A stretch of DNA of 45,789 bases, taken from positions 1-45,789 of IMG/VR virus record IMGVR_UViG_3300046008_001462. One strand, 5' to 3'. The notes under the pieces are model-generated. The model ran no database searches, was not told the origin of the DNA, and worked only from the letters and a program-made list of their open reading frames with translations. A program made the translations under genes and the position numbers. Shown piece after piece: positions 9,838-18,779 of the stretch (the stretch's first letter is position 1; every line of letters begins with the position of its first letter). This DNA comes from a virus. Lineage: Duplodnaviria > Caudoviricetes.

Positions 9838-11150
9838 TGGACACAAACATGAACAAATTTGACGCACAAATCATTCGGGTCGCTATCGACAGCGTGATTC
9901 CCTACGCGAACAACACCAAAAAACACCCTGCTGAACAAATCGACAAACTCGCTTCGATGATTGCTGAGTATGGTCACGACGTACCGATTGTGGTGGATAG
10001 CGACAACGTGATTATTAAAGGTCACGGGCGATTGCTTGCCTGTAAAAAACTGGGCATGACCACGATTCCCGTTATTGTTCGCACAGATTTAACACCTGCA
10101 CAAGCCAAAGCGGCTCGCATTGCTGACAACAAAGTGAGCGAATCTGAATGGGACATGGATTTGCTACGCCTTGAACTCACAGAACTCGACGAACTCGGTT
10201 TTGATTTGGATTTAACAGGCTTTGAAGATTTCGATTTGAGTGAATTTGACGACACCGATGTCACCACGCTTGATGACGATGCTGACCTTGATCATGTGCC
10301 AGAACTACCTGCTATTCCGATTACCAAACTCGGCGACGTGTGGCTATGCGGCAAACACCGTTTGATGTGTGGCGACAGTACCAGTATTGATGCTGTGGAC
10401 GCGCTAATGAACGGCGACAAAGCCGACATGATATTCACCGACCCGCCGTACAACGTCAAAATTTCAGGTCTGGGCAGTGCCGCGTCAGAAAACAGCATCG
10501 GCAGAATTCATGGTGAATTCAAAATGGCATCGGGTGAAATGACCAAAGACGAGTTCACCGATTTTTTACGCGCTGTGTTCACTTGCCTGATTGCCGCCTC
10601 AAAAGATGGTTCGATTCATTACGTTTGTATGGACTGGCGACACATTCAAGAACTCACCTCCGCTGGTGAAATTTACACCGAACTCAAAAACCTGTGCGTT
10701 TGGAATAAAAACAACGGCGGCATGGGAACGTTTTATCGCAACAAACACGAGCTGATTTTCGCCTATAAAAACGGCACAGAAAAACACACCAACAATTTCC
10801 AACTCGGCGGAACGGGGCGTTATCGAACCAACGTTTGGGATTATCCGATGGTCACATCATTTACCAATGAAGAACGCGGCAACGAAAAACTCCACCCCAC
10901 CGTGAAACCGACGCAACTGGTGGTCGATGCGATTTTGGATTGTTCCAACGACGGCGAGATGATTTTGGATTTATTCGGCGGCTCTGGCACGACCATGATT
11001 GCTTGCGAAAAAACCAATCGTGTTGCCCGTTTAATGGAACTCGAGGAGAAGTATTGCGACGTGATTGTACGTCGCTGGCAAGAACTCACAGGCAAAGCAG
11101 CCATTTTGGAAAGCAGCGGGGAGTTATTCAACGCGCTGGTCGATGGCTAA
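9837..11150 (+). CDS. ParB/Srx N-terminal domain fused to a beta-class N4/N6 DNA methyltransferase
   Basis: N-terminal PYANN...PIVVD...IIKGHGRL...RIADNK; catalytic DPPY precedes the SAM-binding DLFGGSGT; HPTVKP motif. Confidence 0.92.
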   Translation: MDTNMNKFDAQIIRVAIDSVIPYANNTKKHPAEQIDKLASMIAEYGHDVPIVVDSDNVIIKGHGRLLACKKLGMTTIPVIVRTDLTPAQAKAARIADNKVSESEWDMDLLRLELTELDELGFDLDLTGFEDFDLSEFDDTDVTTLDDDADLDHVPELPAIPITKLGDVWLCGKHRLMCGDSTSIDAVDALMNGDKADMIFTDPPYNVKISGLGSAASENSIGRIHGEFKMASGEMTKDEFTDFLRAVFTCLIAASKDGSIHYVCMDWRHIQELTSAGEIYTELKNLCVWNKNNGGMGTFYRNKHELIFAYKNGTEKHTNNFQLGGTGRYRTNVWDYPMVTSFTNEERGNEKLHPTVKPTQLVVDAILDCSNDGEMILDLFGGSGTTMIACEKTNRVARLMELEEKYCDVIVRRWQELTGKAAILESSGELFNALVDG

Positions 11151-11637
11151 AGCAAAACCTGCTACCCCTGAGCAATGGGCAAAAGCGAAGGCGTTATTTG
11201 AAACAGGCAAAAGTTTAAATGACATCAGCACCGAAACAGGTATCGACCGTTCCACCGTCAGCAAACGGGCAAAAAACGAAGGTTGGGAGAAAGGTAAGTT
11301 TCAACAGCTTATCGCAGACGGGGCGCGGGTTTCAGAGGTCATTTCAACACTGGATTCAACAGCACAGGAAGTCGTCACCAAAGCCATCGACGAGCAAACC
11401 AAAGTGCGGGAGTTTTACGCCAAGGCGGGGCAAAAAGTGGCGATGATGGCTGTCAAATCGATGGGCGAAACACCTAAACCCATCGACTGCAAAATTGTCG
11501 CCGATACCTTGGTTTCAACGATGCGCGTGTCAGGCGTTGTGCCGTATTACCCAGCCGCTGCGACCATTACCAACACTAATGCCCAGCAAAACAATAACGA
11601 ACCGCAAAAAATTATCATCGAGCGCGACAATGGCTAA
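11143..11637 (+). CDS. Terminase small subunit (HTH)
   Basis: N-terminal HTH W..AKALFETGKSLNDISTETGIDRSTVSKRAKNEGW and a C-terminal NAQQNN..KIIIE tail typical of TerS. Lies upstream of terL. Confidence 0.75.
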   Translation: MAKAKPATPEQWAKAKALFETGKSLNDISTETGIDRSTVSKRAKNEGWEKGKFQQLIADGARVSEVISTLDSTAQEVVTKAIDEQTKVREFYAKAGQKVAMMAVKSMGETPKPIDCKIVADTLVSTMRVSGVVPYYPAAATITNTNAQQNNNEPQKIIIERDNG

Positions 11638-12001
11638 AAAGAACATTCCGAGCATTAGAAACGGCGACGATTATCGGCTGCAAATTCAATACGCGGTCGT
11701 GACGAACATCACGGGCTACAAATTTTGGCTGACCTTAAAAAAAGACTTTGCTGATACCGACGAAGCGGCAGTGCTGCACGTTTCAACAGTGGCAGGACAA
11801 TATCCGATGGACGACCCTGTGAATGGGATTTGTTATTTGCACATTCCTTCCGAAGTCACAGCCGCATTGCCAGCAGGCAGTTATTACTACGATTTGCAGG
11901 TGAAAAGCACCGCAAACGAAATCACCACTATTTTGCCACCGATTGATGATTACAGAGCGCGAGTTTTCGTGATTCCGCAAATCACACGAGCGAAATCGTA
12001 A
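11630..12001 (+). CDS. BppU N-terminal-like (Ig-fold) structural/adaptor protein
   Basis: RNGDD...NITG...G.C.L.IP..T..L..G.YYYDLQV motif. ATG 11630 overlaps the terS end. Confidence 0.6.
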   Translation: MAKKNIPSIRNGDDYRLQIQYAVVTNITGYKFWLTLKKDFADTDEAAVLHVSTVAGQYPMDDPVNGICYLHIPSEVTAALPAGSYYYDLQVKSTANEITTILPPIDDYRARVFVIPQITRAKS

Positions 12002-12390
12002 TGGCTGCAAATTCAAACAACACGCAAGAGGTGGTCATTATCGTCACCGAGGTGCAACAACCACTGATTTTGGTATCACAAGATGTGTCGGTAATTAGAG
12101 TTGAAGGCGTGCGTGGTGGCGGTTCAACCAGTGGCGTGACCTGTGTCACCACGCCGAAGATGCCGATTGTTGATTTTGTCTGCGTGTTGCCAAGCAAACC
12201 GCTGGGCAATTTTGTATTAGGTATCGCGCAAGTTTATTTGCCCTACGGTGATGTGGGACATTTTGTTACGGAAACCCATGACAACATTGCGCTCGACTGT
12301 TTGAACGGTGATTACGTTTTGCGTTTTTTAGATACCAGCTACGACTACACAGGCGCACTGGCTGTGGTGACTTACATTGAGGCGACATGA
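12001..12390 (+). CDS. Hypothetical phage protein (possible structural accessory)
   Basis: 129-aa ORF translationally coupled on both sides. Confidence 0.65.
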   Translation: MAANSNNTQEVVIIVTEVQQPLILVSQDVSVIRVEGVRGGGSTSGVTCVTTPKMPIVDFVCVLPSKPLGNFVLGIAQVYLPYGDVGHFVTETHDNIALDCLNGDYVLRFLDTSYDYTGALAVVTYIEAT

Positions 12391-12605
12391 TTATTCGAGA
12401 TTTTTATTTTGCCGCATGGGCTATTGAGCAAGGCGTATCGTACACGATTATCAGTGCTGGAGTTTGCCTTGATGTCGATACCACCGCGTTAAATCGTTTG
12501 AAAAATGAATATGAAAGCACCTGCAAACCGCAATTTGAACGAGTGCGAAAGTTGGTGAAAACGCTAAACGAACAAAGGCTAAAAAATGGCACAAATTCAA
12601 TATAG
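12387..12605 (+). CDS. Small hypothetical protein
   Basis: 72-aa ORF with ATGA overlap and GAGG RBS; its end overlaps the next gene. Confidence 0.6.
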   Translation: MIIRDFYFAAWAIEQGVSYTIISAGVCLDVDTTALNRLKNEYESTCKPQFERVRKLVKTLNEQRLKNGTNSI

Positions 12606-12783
12606 CCAGAGTTCGATTGCAGGTTTGAAGGAAGCCCTTGCCGCGCTCGATGAGCAGATAAAAAACCAGCAAGGTGAAAATTTTAAATTGCCTAAAGAAA
12701 TCGTTTTTGTACAAACCAAGCGTTCATCAAAGAAAAAAACTAAAACCAAATGGCGCATTCGCTTTGATGCCCCGCAAGATTAA
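12586..12783 (+). CDS. Small basic protein sharing its first 21 aa with the downstream fibre-like protein
   Basis: MAQIQYSQSSIAGLKEALAAL is identical to the 12852 ORF. All nucleotide differences are synonymous, which supports translation. Confidence 0.7.
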   Translation: MAQIQYSQSSIAGLKEALAALDEQIKNQQGENFKLPKEIVFVQTKRSSKKKTKTKWRIRFDAPQD

Positions 12784-12914
12784 ATCGCCGCAAGGCTACT
12801 CTCAGTTGTCGGACTAAGTAACACCGTCATTGCCTTTCTGGAGATTTTCTCATGGCACAAATTCAATACAGTCAAAGTTCGATTGCAGGTTTAAAAGAAG
12901 CGTTAGCCGCGTTA
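12586..12914 (+). repeat. 63-bp diverged direct repeat (12586-12648 and 12852-12914)
   Basis: 10 nucleotide differences in 8 codons, none changing an amino acid. Confidence 0.95.
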
Positions 12915-13559
12915 CAAGCCCAAGCGGCAGCAGTTGGCACAGGTAGCACTGCGGCATTAGCCGAAGCGATTAACGCCGAAGTCACGGCGCGTACCAATGC
13001 CATCAACGCGGCGGTTTCACCAGTTTCAACATTGGTTGCGACCATCAACGGTGATTCCACCACCGTCGGTTCATTCCGTAAAGAAATCGCCGATTTAATC
13101 GGTGCTGCACCTGAAGCGTTAAACACATTAAAAGAAATCGCCGATTACATCGCGGTCAATCCAAACGCCAGCGTTGCAGATGCAATTAACGCCGCGATTG
13201 CGTCAGTCAATGCGTCTGTTGCTACTTTAGCGGCAACCGTCACTGCCAACAAAGACCAAGTTAGCGCGTTGCTCAACGGCGGCGTGGTCACAGGCACAAC
13301 CATCGAAACCATTTTAGTGACTTCGGATGTCGAGCCATTGAACTTAGCACATCCCGTCATGGTCGTTTTAAACCAAGGCACGGTGCAGCACGTCACCGCA
13401 GAAGGCGTGACTTATGACTTGCGCGTAACCAATGGTGAAGGCGCGATTTTCATTGATGCCTTAGACGGCTATTTAGCGACTGAAATCGGTACGTTGGTGG
13501 ATAAAACCGTCACGATTCAATACACCCACTTCTTAGACGGCGCAGCGTTGTTGCCATAA
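12852..13559 (+). CDS. Ala-rich fibre/whisker-like structural protein
   Basis: AEVTART and GAAPEALNTLKEIA coiled-coil motifs typical of phage fibre proteins, followed by a beta-rich C-terminus. GGAG RBS. Confidence 0.65.
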   Translation: MAQIQYSQSSIAGLKEALAALQAQAAAVGTGSTAALAEAINAEVTARTNAINAAVSPVSTLVATINGDSTTVGSFRKEIADLIGAAPEALNTLKEIADYIAVNPNASVADAINAAIASVNASVATLAATVTANKDQVSALLNGGVVTGTTIETILVTSDVEPLNLAHPVMVVLNQGTVQHVTAEGVTYDLRVTNGEGAIFIDALDGYLATEIGTLVDKTVTIQYTHFLDGAALLP

Positions 13560-13591
13560 GAAAAAACGCTGTTCGTTTTGTTCTAAGGTTT

Positions 13592-13625
13592 GCCGCCTTG
13601 CCATTCTGTGGTGAGACGGCTTTTT
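13592..13625 (+). terminator. Putative intrinsic terminator between the inserted cassette and terL
   Basis: Imperfect stem GCCG-C-CTTGCCA / TGGTGAG-A-CGGC followed by TTTTT. Confidence 0.55.
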
Positions 13626-13642
13626 AAAAGAGTGGGAAGTTG

Positions 13643-14908
13643 ATGACAAAAAGACTTAAATTGCCTGCGTTGCACATCGCGCAACAAAAGGTGTGGCAAG
13701 GTCGCGCCCGTTATAACGTGGTCTGCTTGGGGCGGCGGAGTGGTAAAACCGCGCTCGGCATTATGTTGGCGTTGGGTGCGAGTGCGTGCAGTGATTTAGC
13801 GACTGCCGCGTTGCAAGGCTATCCCGTCGGTTGGTTTGCCCCGACGTATAAAGTGCTTGATGCCGCGTGGCGTGAATCCAAAGACCGCTTAAAGCCCGTG
13901 ATTACCTGCAAAAGTGAGCAATCCAAACGCCTCGAAATTATCGGCGGCGGTGCAGTCGATTTCTGGTCACTCGAAGATGAAGATGCAGGGCGTGGTCGTA
14001 AATATAGCCGCGTGATTATTGACGAAGCAGGCATTGCTAAACGGCTACAACCTGCATGGGAGAACGCCATTCGCCCGACGCTGACTGATTTTGGTGGCGA
14101 TGCGTGGTTTTTATCCACACCCAAGGGGCGAAATTATTTTTATGACTGTTATCAACGTGGTGTTAACCACGAACCCAACTGGGCAAGCTGGCAAATGCCC
14201 ACCGCGTGTAATCCGTTTATCCATCCAGACGAAATTGAAGAAGCCCGTCGCAATCTCCCTGAACGTACTTTCCAACAAGAATACCTCGCGCAATTCTTAG
14301 ATGATGCAGGTGGCGTGTTTCGTAACATTCGCGCTTGCACTTATGAAATCAATGGCGACGATTGGTGGCGAAAAGAACAAAAAAATGCCGATGCTAGAGC
14401 TTACGTTATCGGCGTGGATTTAGCGCGGGTTGAGGATTTTACCGTCATCACCGTGGTTGATGCGCGTGACCGTAAAGTTGTCGCCGTCGATAGATTTAAC
14501 CAAGTCGAATACGTCATGCAATTGGAGCGGCTGGTCGCCATGTCGCAACGCTTCAAAGGCGCACCAATTCTGATTGAATCCAACAACACAGGGTTGCCGT
14601 TTCTCGAACAAGCCAAACGCCGTGGTCTGCCTGTCCGTGCGTTTCAAACCACCAACGCCAGTAAAGCTGAAATCATTGAAAAACTCGCCATTGCGTTTGA
14701 GCAAGGCACGATTTCGATTCCCGATTATTCGCCGTTGATTAACGAACTCATGTGTTTTGACCAAGAACGCTTGCCCAGCGGCATGATTCGTTACGGCGCA
14801 CCGCATGGTCAACACGATGACACCGTAATGTCACTGGCGATTGCGTTTTATGGCGCAACAGGTATCGCGCAATCTGCCCCGATTACCTCTGGTGCGAGGA
14901 TTTATTGA
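13643..14908 (+). CDS. Terminase large subunit
   Basis: Walker A GRRSGKT, Walker B IIDEA, coupling motif STP, nuclease motifs GVDLA and HDDTVMS. Confidence 0.95.
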   Translation: MTKRLKLPALHIAQQKVWQGRARYNVVCLGRRSGKTALGIMLALGASACSDLATAALQGYPVGWFAPTYKVLDAAWRESKDRLKPVITCKSEQSKRLEIIGGGAVDFWSLEDEDAGRGRKYSRVIIDEAGIAKRLQPAWENAIRPTLTDFGGDAWFLSTPKGRNYFYDCYQRGVNHEPNWASWQMPTACNPFIHPDEIEEARRNLPERTFQQEYLAQFLDDAGGVFRNIRACTYEINGDDWWRKEQKNADARAYVIGVDLARVEDFTVITVVDARDRKVVAVDRFNQVEYVMQLERLVAMSQRFKGAPILIESNNTGLPFLEQAKRRGLPVRAFQTTNASKAEIIEKLAIAFEQGTISIPDYSPLINELMCFDQERLPSGMIRYGAPHGQHDDTVMSLAIAFYGATGIAQSAPITSGARIY

Positions 14909-16425
14909 TGGCGACCGCACCGAAAGCCCTCTACAACGAGCAGGCAATTGATTATTTGCTAAACAATCTGCTGCAAATGGCAGATACCGATGAGACCTTA
15001 AAAAAGCTCGGTATTCATCGCAAAGAACTTCGCACTTTGGAATCCGATGACGAAATTTACGCCGCGATTGAAACCCGTCGTGAAGCGTTGATTGCAACAC
15101 CATGGCGGTTGGAATCAGGATTAGTTCGGCAAAACAATTTCTTGTGGAATGAGATCGAGCGCGTAATTGCCACGGTACTGCGCGGTGCATTTAACGCCGT
15201 ACTTTATGGCTACAGCGTGCAGGAAATAATTTATAAAAACACCGACGGCAAAATTACTCTCGCGGAGATTAGCGAAAAACCGTTTGAATGGTTCGAGCCA
15301 AAAAGTAACGGTGATTTGATTTATCGCTCGATGCTCGACCCAATGGGAACAGCCGTTGATACCGATTACAAATTTCTGCTCACCGTGCGTAATCAAACCT
15401 ACCGTCAGCCCTACGGCGAAGCGGTGTTGTCGCGTTTGTACTGGGCGTGGTTGTTTCGCGTCAACGGCTGGAAATTCTGGGCAAAGAATCTTGAACGCGC
15501 TGGGATTCCCTTTTTAAAAGGCACTGCACCCGATATGCCCATGGCGGACGGCACACCATCGGTTGACCATTTATCCGTTGTTTTAAATGCCGCTGTGCAA
15601 AACGCTACGCTTGCGCTCCCCGCTGGTTGGGAAGCGGAGTTTATGAGCGTGCAGCAAAACGGCGCGACCTTTGAGCAATTTGAAAATGCCATTTTAAAGC
15701 GGATTCAAAAGGTCATTCTTGGGCAAACGTTAACGTCCGATGTTGGCAAAACAGGTAGTTTTGCCGCTGCAAAAGTGCATCAAGCGGTACTCGATGACAG
15801 GCGCAAGGCGGATATGCGTTTAGTGACAAAAACGGTGCAAACACTGGTCACGGCGTTGCACACGCTGAACGGTTTTACAGGTGAACCACCGACTTTTGTG
15901 ATGGAAGATGACACGGGATTGGAAACTGAACGTGCTGACCGTGATTCCAAGCTGGTGCAAGCTGGCGTACTTAAACTCACGCCCGATTATTTGCTGCGGG
16001 TGTACGACTATGAAGAAGGTGATTTTGAAATCCCTGCCGAATTACCAAATCAAACCATCAATCCGCCAATTGGCGGAAAGAAATTTTCAGCGGCTGATAA
16101 TGTTTTTGCGCCAATTGGCGCAAGAAAAGATGAAAACCATCCGCCCATGGGCGGAAGGGAATCGTTTAATTTTTACGCGCCCATGGGCGCGAGATTTACC
16201 TCAGCCCAACAAGAAATTGAAAATTTAGCAGACAACGCACTGGCAAATTCGAGCAGTCCGATTTCTGAAGGGGCAATTTTCAATGCCATTAAAACTGCAA
16301 AATCGCCAGAAGATTTAGCCGATAAATTAGCGGTGTTATTTGCCGATACTGATACCGCACAATTTCGGCAGATGCTAGAACGAGCGATGTTTGCAGCTGA
16401 CGTATTGGGTTATGTGAATGCCTGA
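14908..16425 (+). CDS. Portal protein (Mu gp29/DUF935-like)
   Basis: YGYSVQEI, PYGEAVL, W...LER.G.P and ILGQTLTS...GSFAAAKVH motifs. Follows terL. Confidence 0.92.
   Translation: MATAPKALYNEQAIDYLLNNLLQMADTDETLKKLGIHRKELRTLESDDEIYAAIETRREALIATPWRLESGLVRQNNFLWNEIERVIATVLRGAFNAVLYGYSVQEIIYKNTDGKITLAEISEKPFEWFEPKSNGDLIYRSMLDPMGTAVDTDYKFLLTVRNQTYRQPYGEAVLSRLYWAWLFRVNGWKFWAKNLERAGIPFLKGTAPDMPMADGTPSVDHLSVVLNAAVQNATLALPAGWEAEFMSVQQNGATFEQFENAILKRIQKVILGQTLTSDVGKTGSFAAAKVHQAVLDDRRKADMRLVTKTVQTLVTALHTLNGFTGEPPTFVMEDDTGLETERADRDSKLVQAGVLKLTPDYLLRVYDYEEGDFEIPAELPNQTINPPIGGKKFSAADNVFAPIGARKDENHPPMGGRESFNFYAPMGARFTSAQQEIENLADNALANSSSPISEGAIFNAIKTAKSPEDLADKLAVLFADTDTAQFRQMLERAMFAADVLGYVNA
16062..16191. 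repeat. Array of four perfect 16-18 bp palindromes inside the portal gene
   Basis: TCCGCCAATTGGCGGA (16062-16077), TTGCGCCAATTGGCGCAA (16106-16123), TCCGCCCATGGGCGGA (16140-16155), CGCGCCCATGGGCGCG (16176-16191). Confidence 0.95.
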
Positions 16426-18466
16426 TACAACGGTATCCATCGGTTTTAATGTCCCGTTTGATGAAGCGATTGCTGCCATGGATGCACGCGAAATCGTGCT
16501 GCCTGCAAAATACTACGGCGAGTTGCAAGGCATTCAGCGGCAGTTGGCATTTTCAATTGCAGGCGTTGCCAGCCTTGACCAGCTTCAAGCTGTCCTCAAT
16601 TCACTGTTCGCAAAATTAGCCGATGGTCAGTCGTTTGAGCAATGGCAAGATGGCGTTGCTGTTCAAGATTTAGGGTTGCCAAAACACCGCCTCGACAATA
16701 TCTATCGCACCAACATTCAAAACGCCTACAACCGTGGGCATTGGGAACAATTTAAGCAAAATGAAGTCTACCAACCTTACCTTATGTACGATGCGATTAA
16801 CGATAGTCGTACTCGTCCTAGCCACCGCGCTCTCGATGGGATTATCCGTCGTATTGACGACCCATTTTGGAACACGCACTACCCCGCCAACGGTTACAGA
16901 TGTCGATGCTCCGTGGTTTCTCTTAGCGAAAGCCAAGCTCAAGCACGCTCCAAGGGTGACAACGGTTTAAACAAAAAAATCGATCTCGACAGCATGAAGC
17001 CCGATAAGGGCTGGGATTACAACTGCGGCTCTGATATTACAGAGGGCATCAACAAAGCCATCGCTGACAGATTGGCAAAAGCGGCGGCTAAAACAGTCGA
17101 GCCAAAATTAGCCAAATCACTCAAGAAAAAAGTCGTTGTGCCAAAAGACGATTCGCTGCACGTTGACAACATCGTGGCAAAAATGCCTGTTGATGCACCT
17201 CCAAAGGTTAAAACTACTTCTAAATTAGCCAGTCAAACACCGCAAACCAATCCTGCGGCAAAAGCGTGGTCAAAGGAACATATTGATAAAGTTCAAAAAA
17301 CGTTCCCCTATAAATTTCAAGACGGCGTATTTAATCCTGACCTCGTCAAAACAGGCGATAAAATTAAAAATCCCAAAACGGGGGAAACATGGCAATGGGA
17401 CGACGATAAAAAAGAAATCGTTGATGGTAGCCATAAAAAACCGAAAGCAGCGTTGAAAAAAACCAGCAAAGCGAGCAATGTTGCCGAAGCAGATCCAATT
17501 GCCGCGACGTGGGACGATGAATCACGCGATTTGATGCGTGAAGCTCTGCCGCAAAATTTTGATAAAAACGATAACTGGGTTAATCCGTCAAAAATAAAAC
17601 TCTCGCCATCAAATTCAAAAGTTAAAAAGACTTTTAAAAAAGAGGGGCTGTTACAGGACGACACATTTATTCAAAGCGAGGTCAACGCGCTTGATGTAAT
17701 GCAAACTGACCCAGAAGCCAAAAAATGGACGAAGGTCAAACTCAAATGGACGCAGGAAAATTACCCACATAAATTCGTTAATGGCGTTTATGACGGCAAA
17801 ATTCCTGACCCACCCAATTACGAAACGCCTTATAAAAAGGCACAGCGTGAGTTAGCTGACAAAGTTAAACAAGGTCGTGAACAGTATGCTCCGCGCTTGG
17901 AACGCCAGCGCGAAATCATGGCAAACGTCAACGACCAGTTTGACCTTGACCATTATTGGGAAGATGACAATTTCTTAGAAGGCATTGAAGCCGCCGCTAA
18001 AATGGGACTTACCGAAGATGAACACAAAGCCATTTATGCTTACACGGGGCATACTTATGAAGATTTGAACGGACATTTAGGCGGTTGGCAAAAAGCAAAA
18101 ACGGCGAAAAAATCTGCCATGTTGCATGACTTTCAAGAAGTGTTAAAAACAGCGTTGAATAAGGCAGAAAAATTTACAGGAACGGTTCGCAGGGACGTTG
18201 ATTTACCGCAGAGCGTCATTGATAACTATGTTGTTGGTAACACAGTGAAATATGAGCAATTCTCTAGCACAACGATGTCTATGGATGGCAAATTTAGTGG
18301 TAATGTCATCTACACAATTGAAACTAAAAACAGCGGTGTTGACGTTTCTAAACTGTCAAAATATCGCAGAGAAAACGAGGTGCTTATTAACAGCGGTGCT
18401 AAACACATGGTGGTTAGCAAAGAAAAGAACGACGGTAAGTGGTATATCAAATTGAGAGAGATATAA
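16418..18466 (+). CDS. MuF (Mu gp30/SPP1 gp7-like) minor head protein with a C-terminal ADP-ribosyltransferase toxin domain
   Basis: MuF motifs YRTNIQNAY, DSRTRPSH, PANGYRCRC. ART motifs AIYAYT..Y..LN, GTVRR, FSSTT, RENEVL (R-S-ExE). Confidence 0.9.
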   Translation: MPDTTVSIGFNVPFDEAIAAMDAREIVLPAKYYGELQGIQRQLAFSIAGVASLDQLQAVLNSLFAKLADGQSFEQWQDGVAVQDLGLPKHRLDNIYRTNIQNAYNRGHWEQFKQNEVYQPYLMYDAINDSRTRPSHRALDGIIRRIDDPFWNTHYPANGYRCRCSVVSLSESQAQARSKGDNGLNKKIDLDSMKPDKGWDYNCGSDITEGINKAIADRLAKAAAKTVEPKLAKSLKKKVVVPKDDSLHVDNIVAKMPVDAPPKVKTTSKLASQTPQTNPAAKAWSKEHIDKVQKTFPYKFQDGVFNPDLVKTGDKIKNPKTGETWQWDDDKKEIVDGSHKKPKAALKKTSKASNVAEADPIAATWDDESRDLMREALPQNFDKNDNWVNPSKIKLSPSNSKVKKTFKKEGLLQDDTFIQSEVNALDVMQTDPEAKKWTKVKLKWTQENYPHKFVNGVYDGKIPDPPNYETPYKKAQRELADKVKQGREQYAPRLERQREIMANVNDQFDLDHYWEDDNFLEGIEAAAKMGLTEDEHKAIYAYTGHTYEDLNGHLGGWQKAKTAKKSAMLHDFQEVLKTALNKAEKFTGTVRRDVDLPQSVIDNYVVGNTVKYEQFSSTTMSMDGKFSGNVIYTIETKNSGVDVSKLSKYRRENEVLINSGAKHMVVSKEKNDGKWYIKLREI

Positions 18467-18467
18467 A

Positions 18468-18779
18468 ATGACGAAATCGACTATTACGGAGTTACAAAAT
18501 AACGCTAAATTGTGTGGTATGACACTGGCAGAATATGAAGCGGTCAAAAAACAGCACCTTGATGAAATAACAGAAATGATTGCTGCTAACAACGCCTCGA
18601 ACCACAATCCCTACGAAGGTTGGACACGCGAGGAGATTCGGCATTTCGAGGATAAGTTTCATAAGCAACCGCTAGTCGGTACTTTTACTGATGCACCGAT
18701 TACAACCACCGCCGAAATAGATGCGGAATTCGAGCGAGCGTTCAAAGGCAAAACGTTCGAGGAACTATTTGATGACTGA
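18468..18779 (+). CDS. Small acidic protein, candidate immunity protein for MuF-ART
   Basis: Starts 1 nt after the toxin stop. The position matches MuF toxin-immunity pairs; function is inferred only. Confidence 0.55.
   Translation: MTKSTITELQNNAKLCGMTLAEYEAVKKQHLDEITEMIAANNASNHNPYEGWTREEIRHFEDKFHKQPLVGTFTDAPITTTAEIDAEFERAFKGKTFEELFDD

Noticed and set aside
12586-12914. Diversity-generating retroelement TR/VR pair
   Set aside because: Differences are synonymous and not adenine-specific, and no reverse transcriptase is in the window.
16062-16191. Mini CRISPR array
   Set aside because: Repeats are only 16-18 bp and non-identical, spacing is short and uneven, the array is in frame in a gene, and no cas genes are present.
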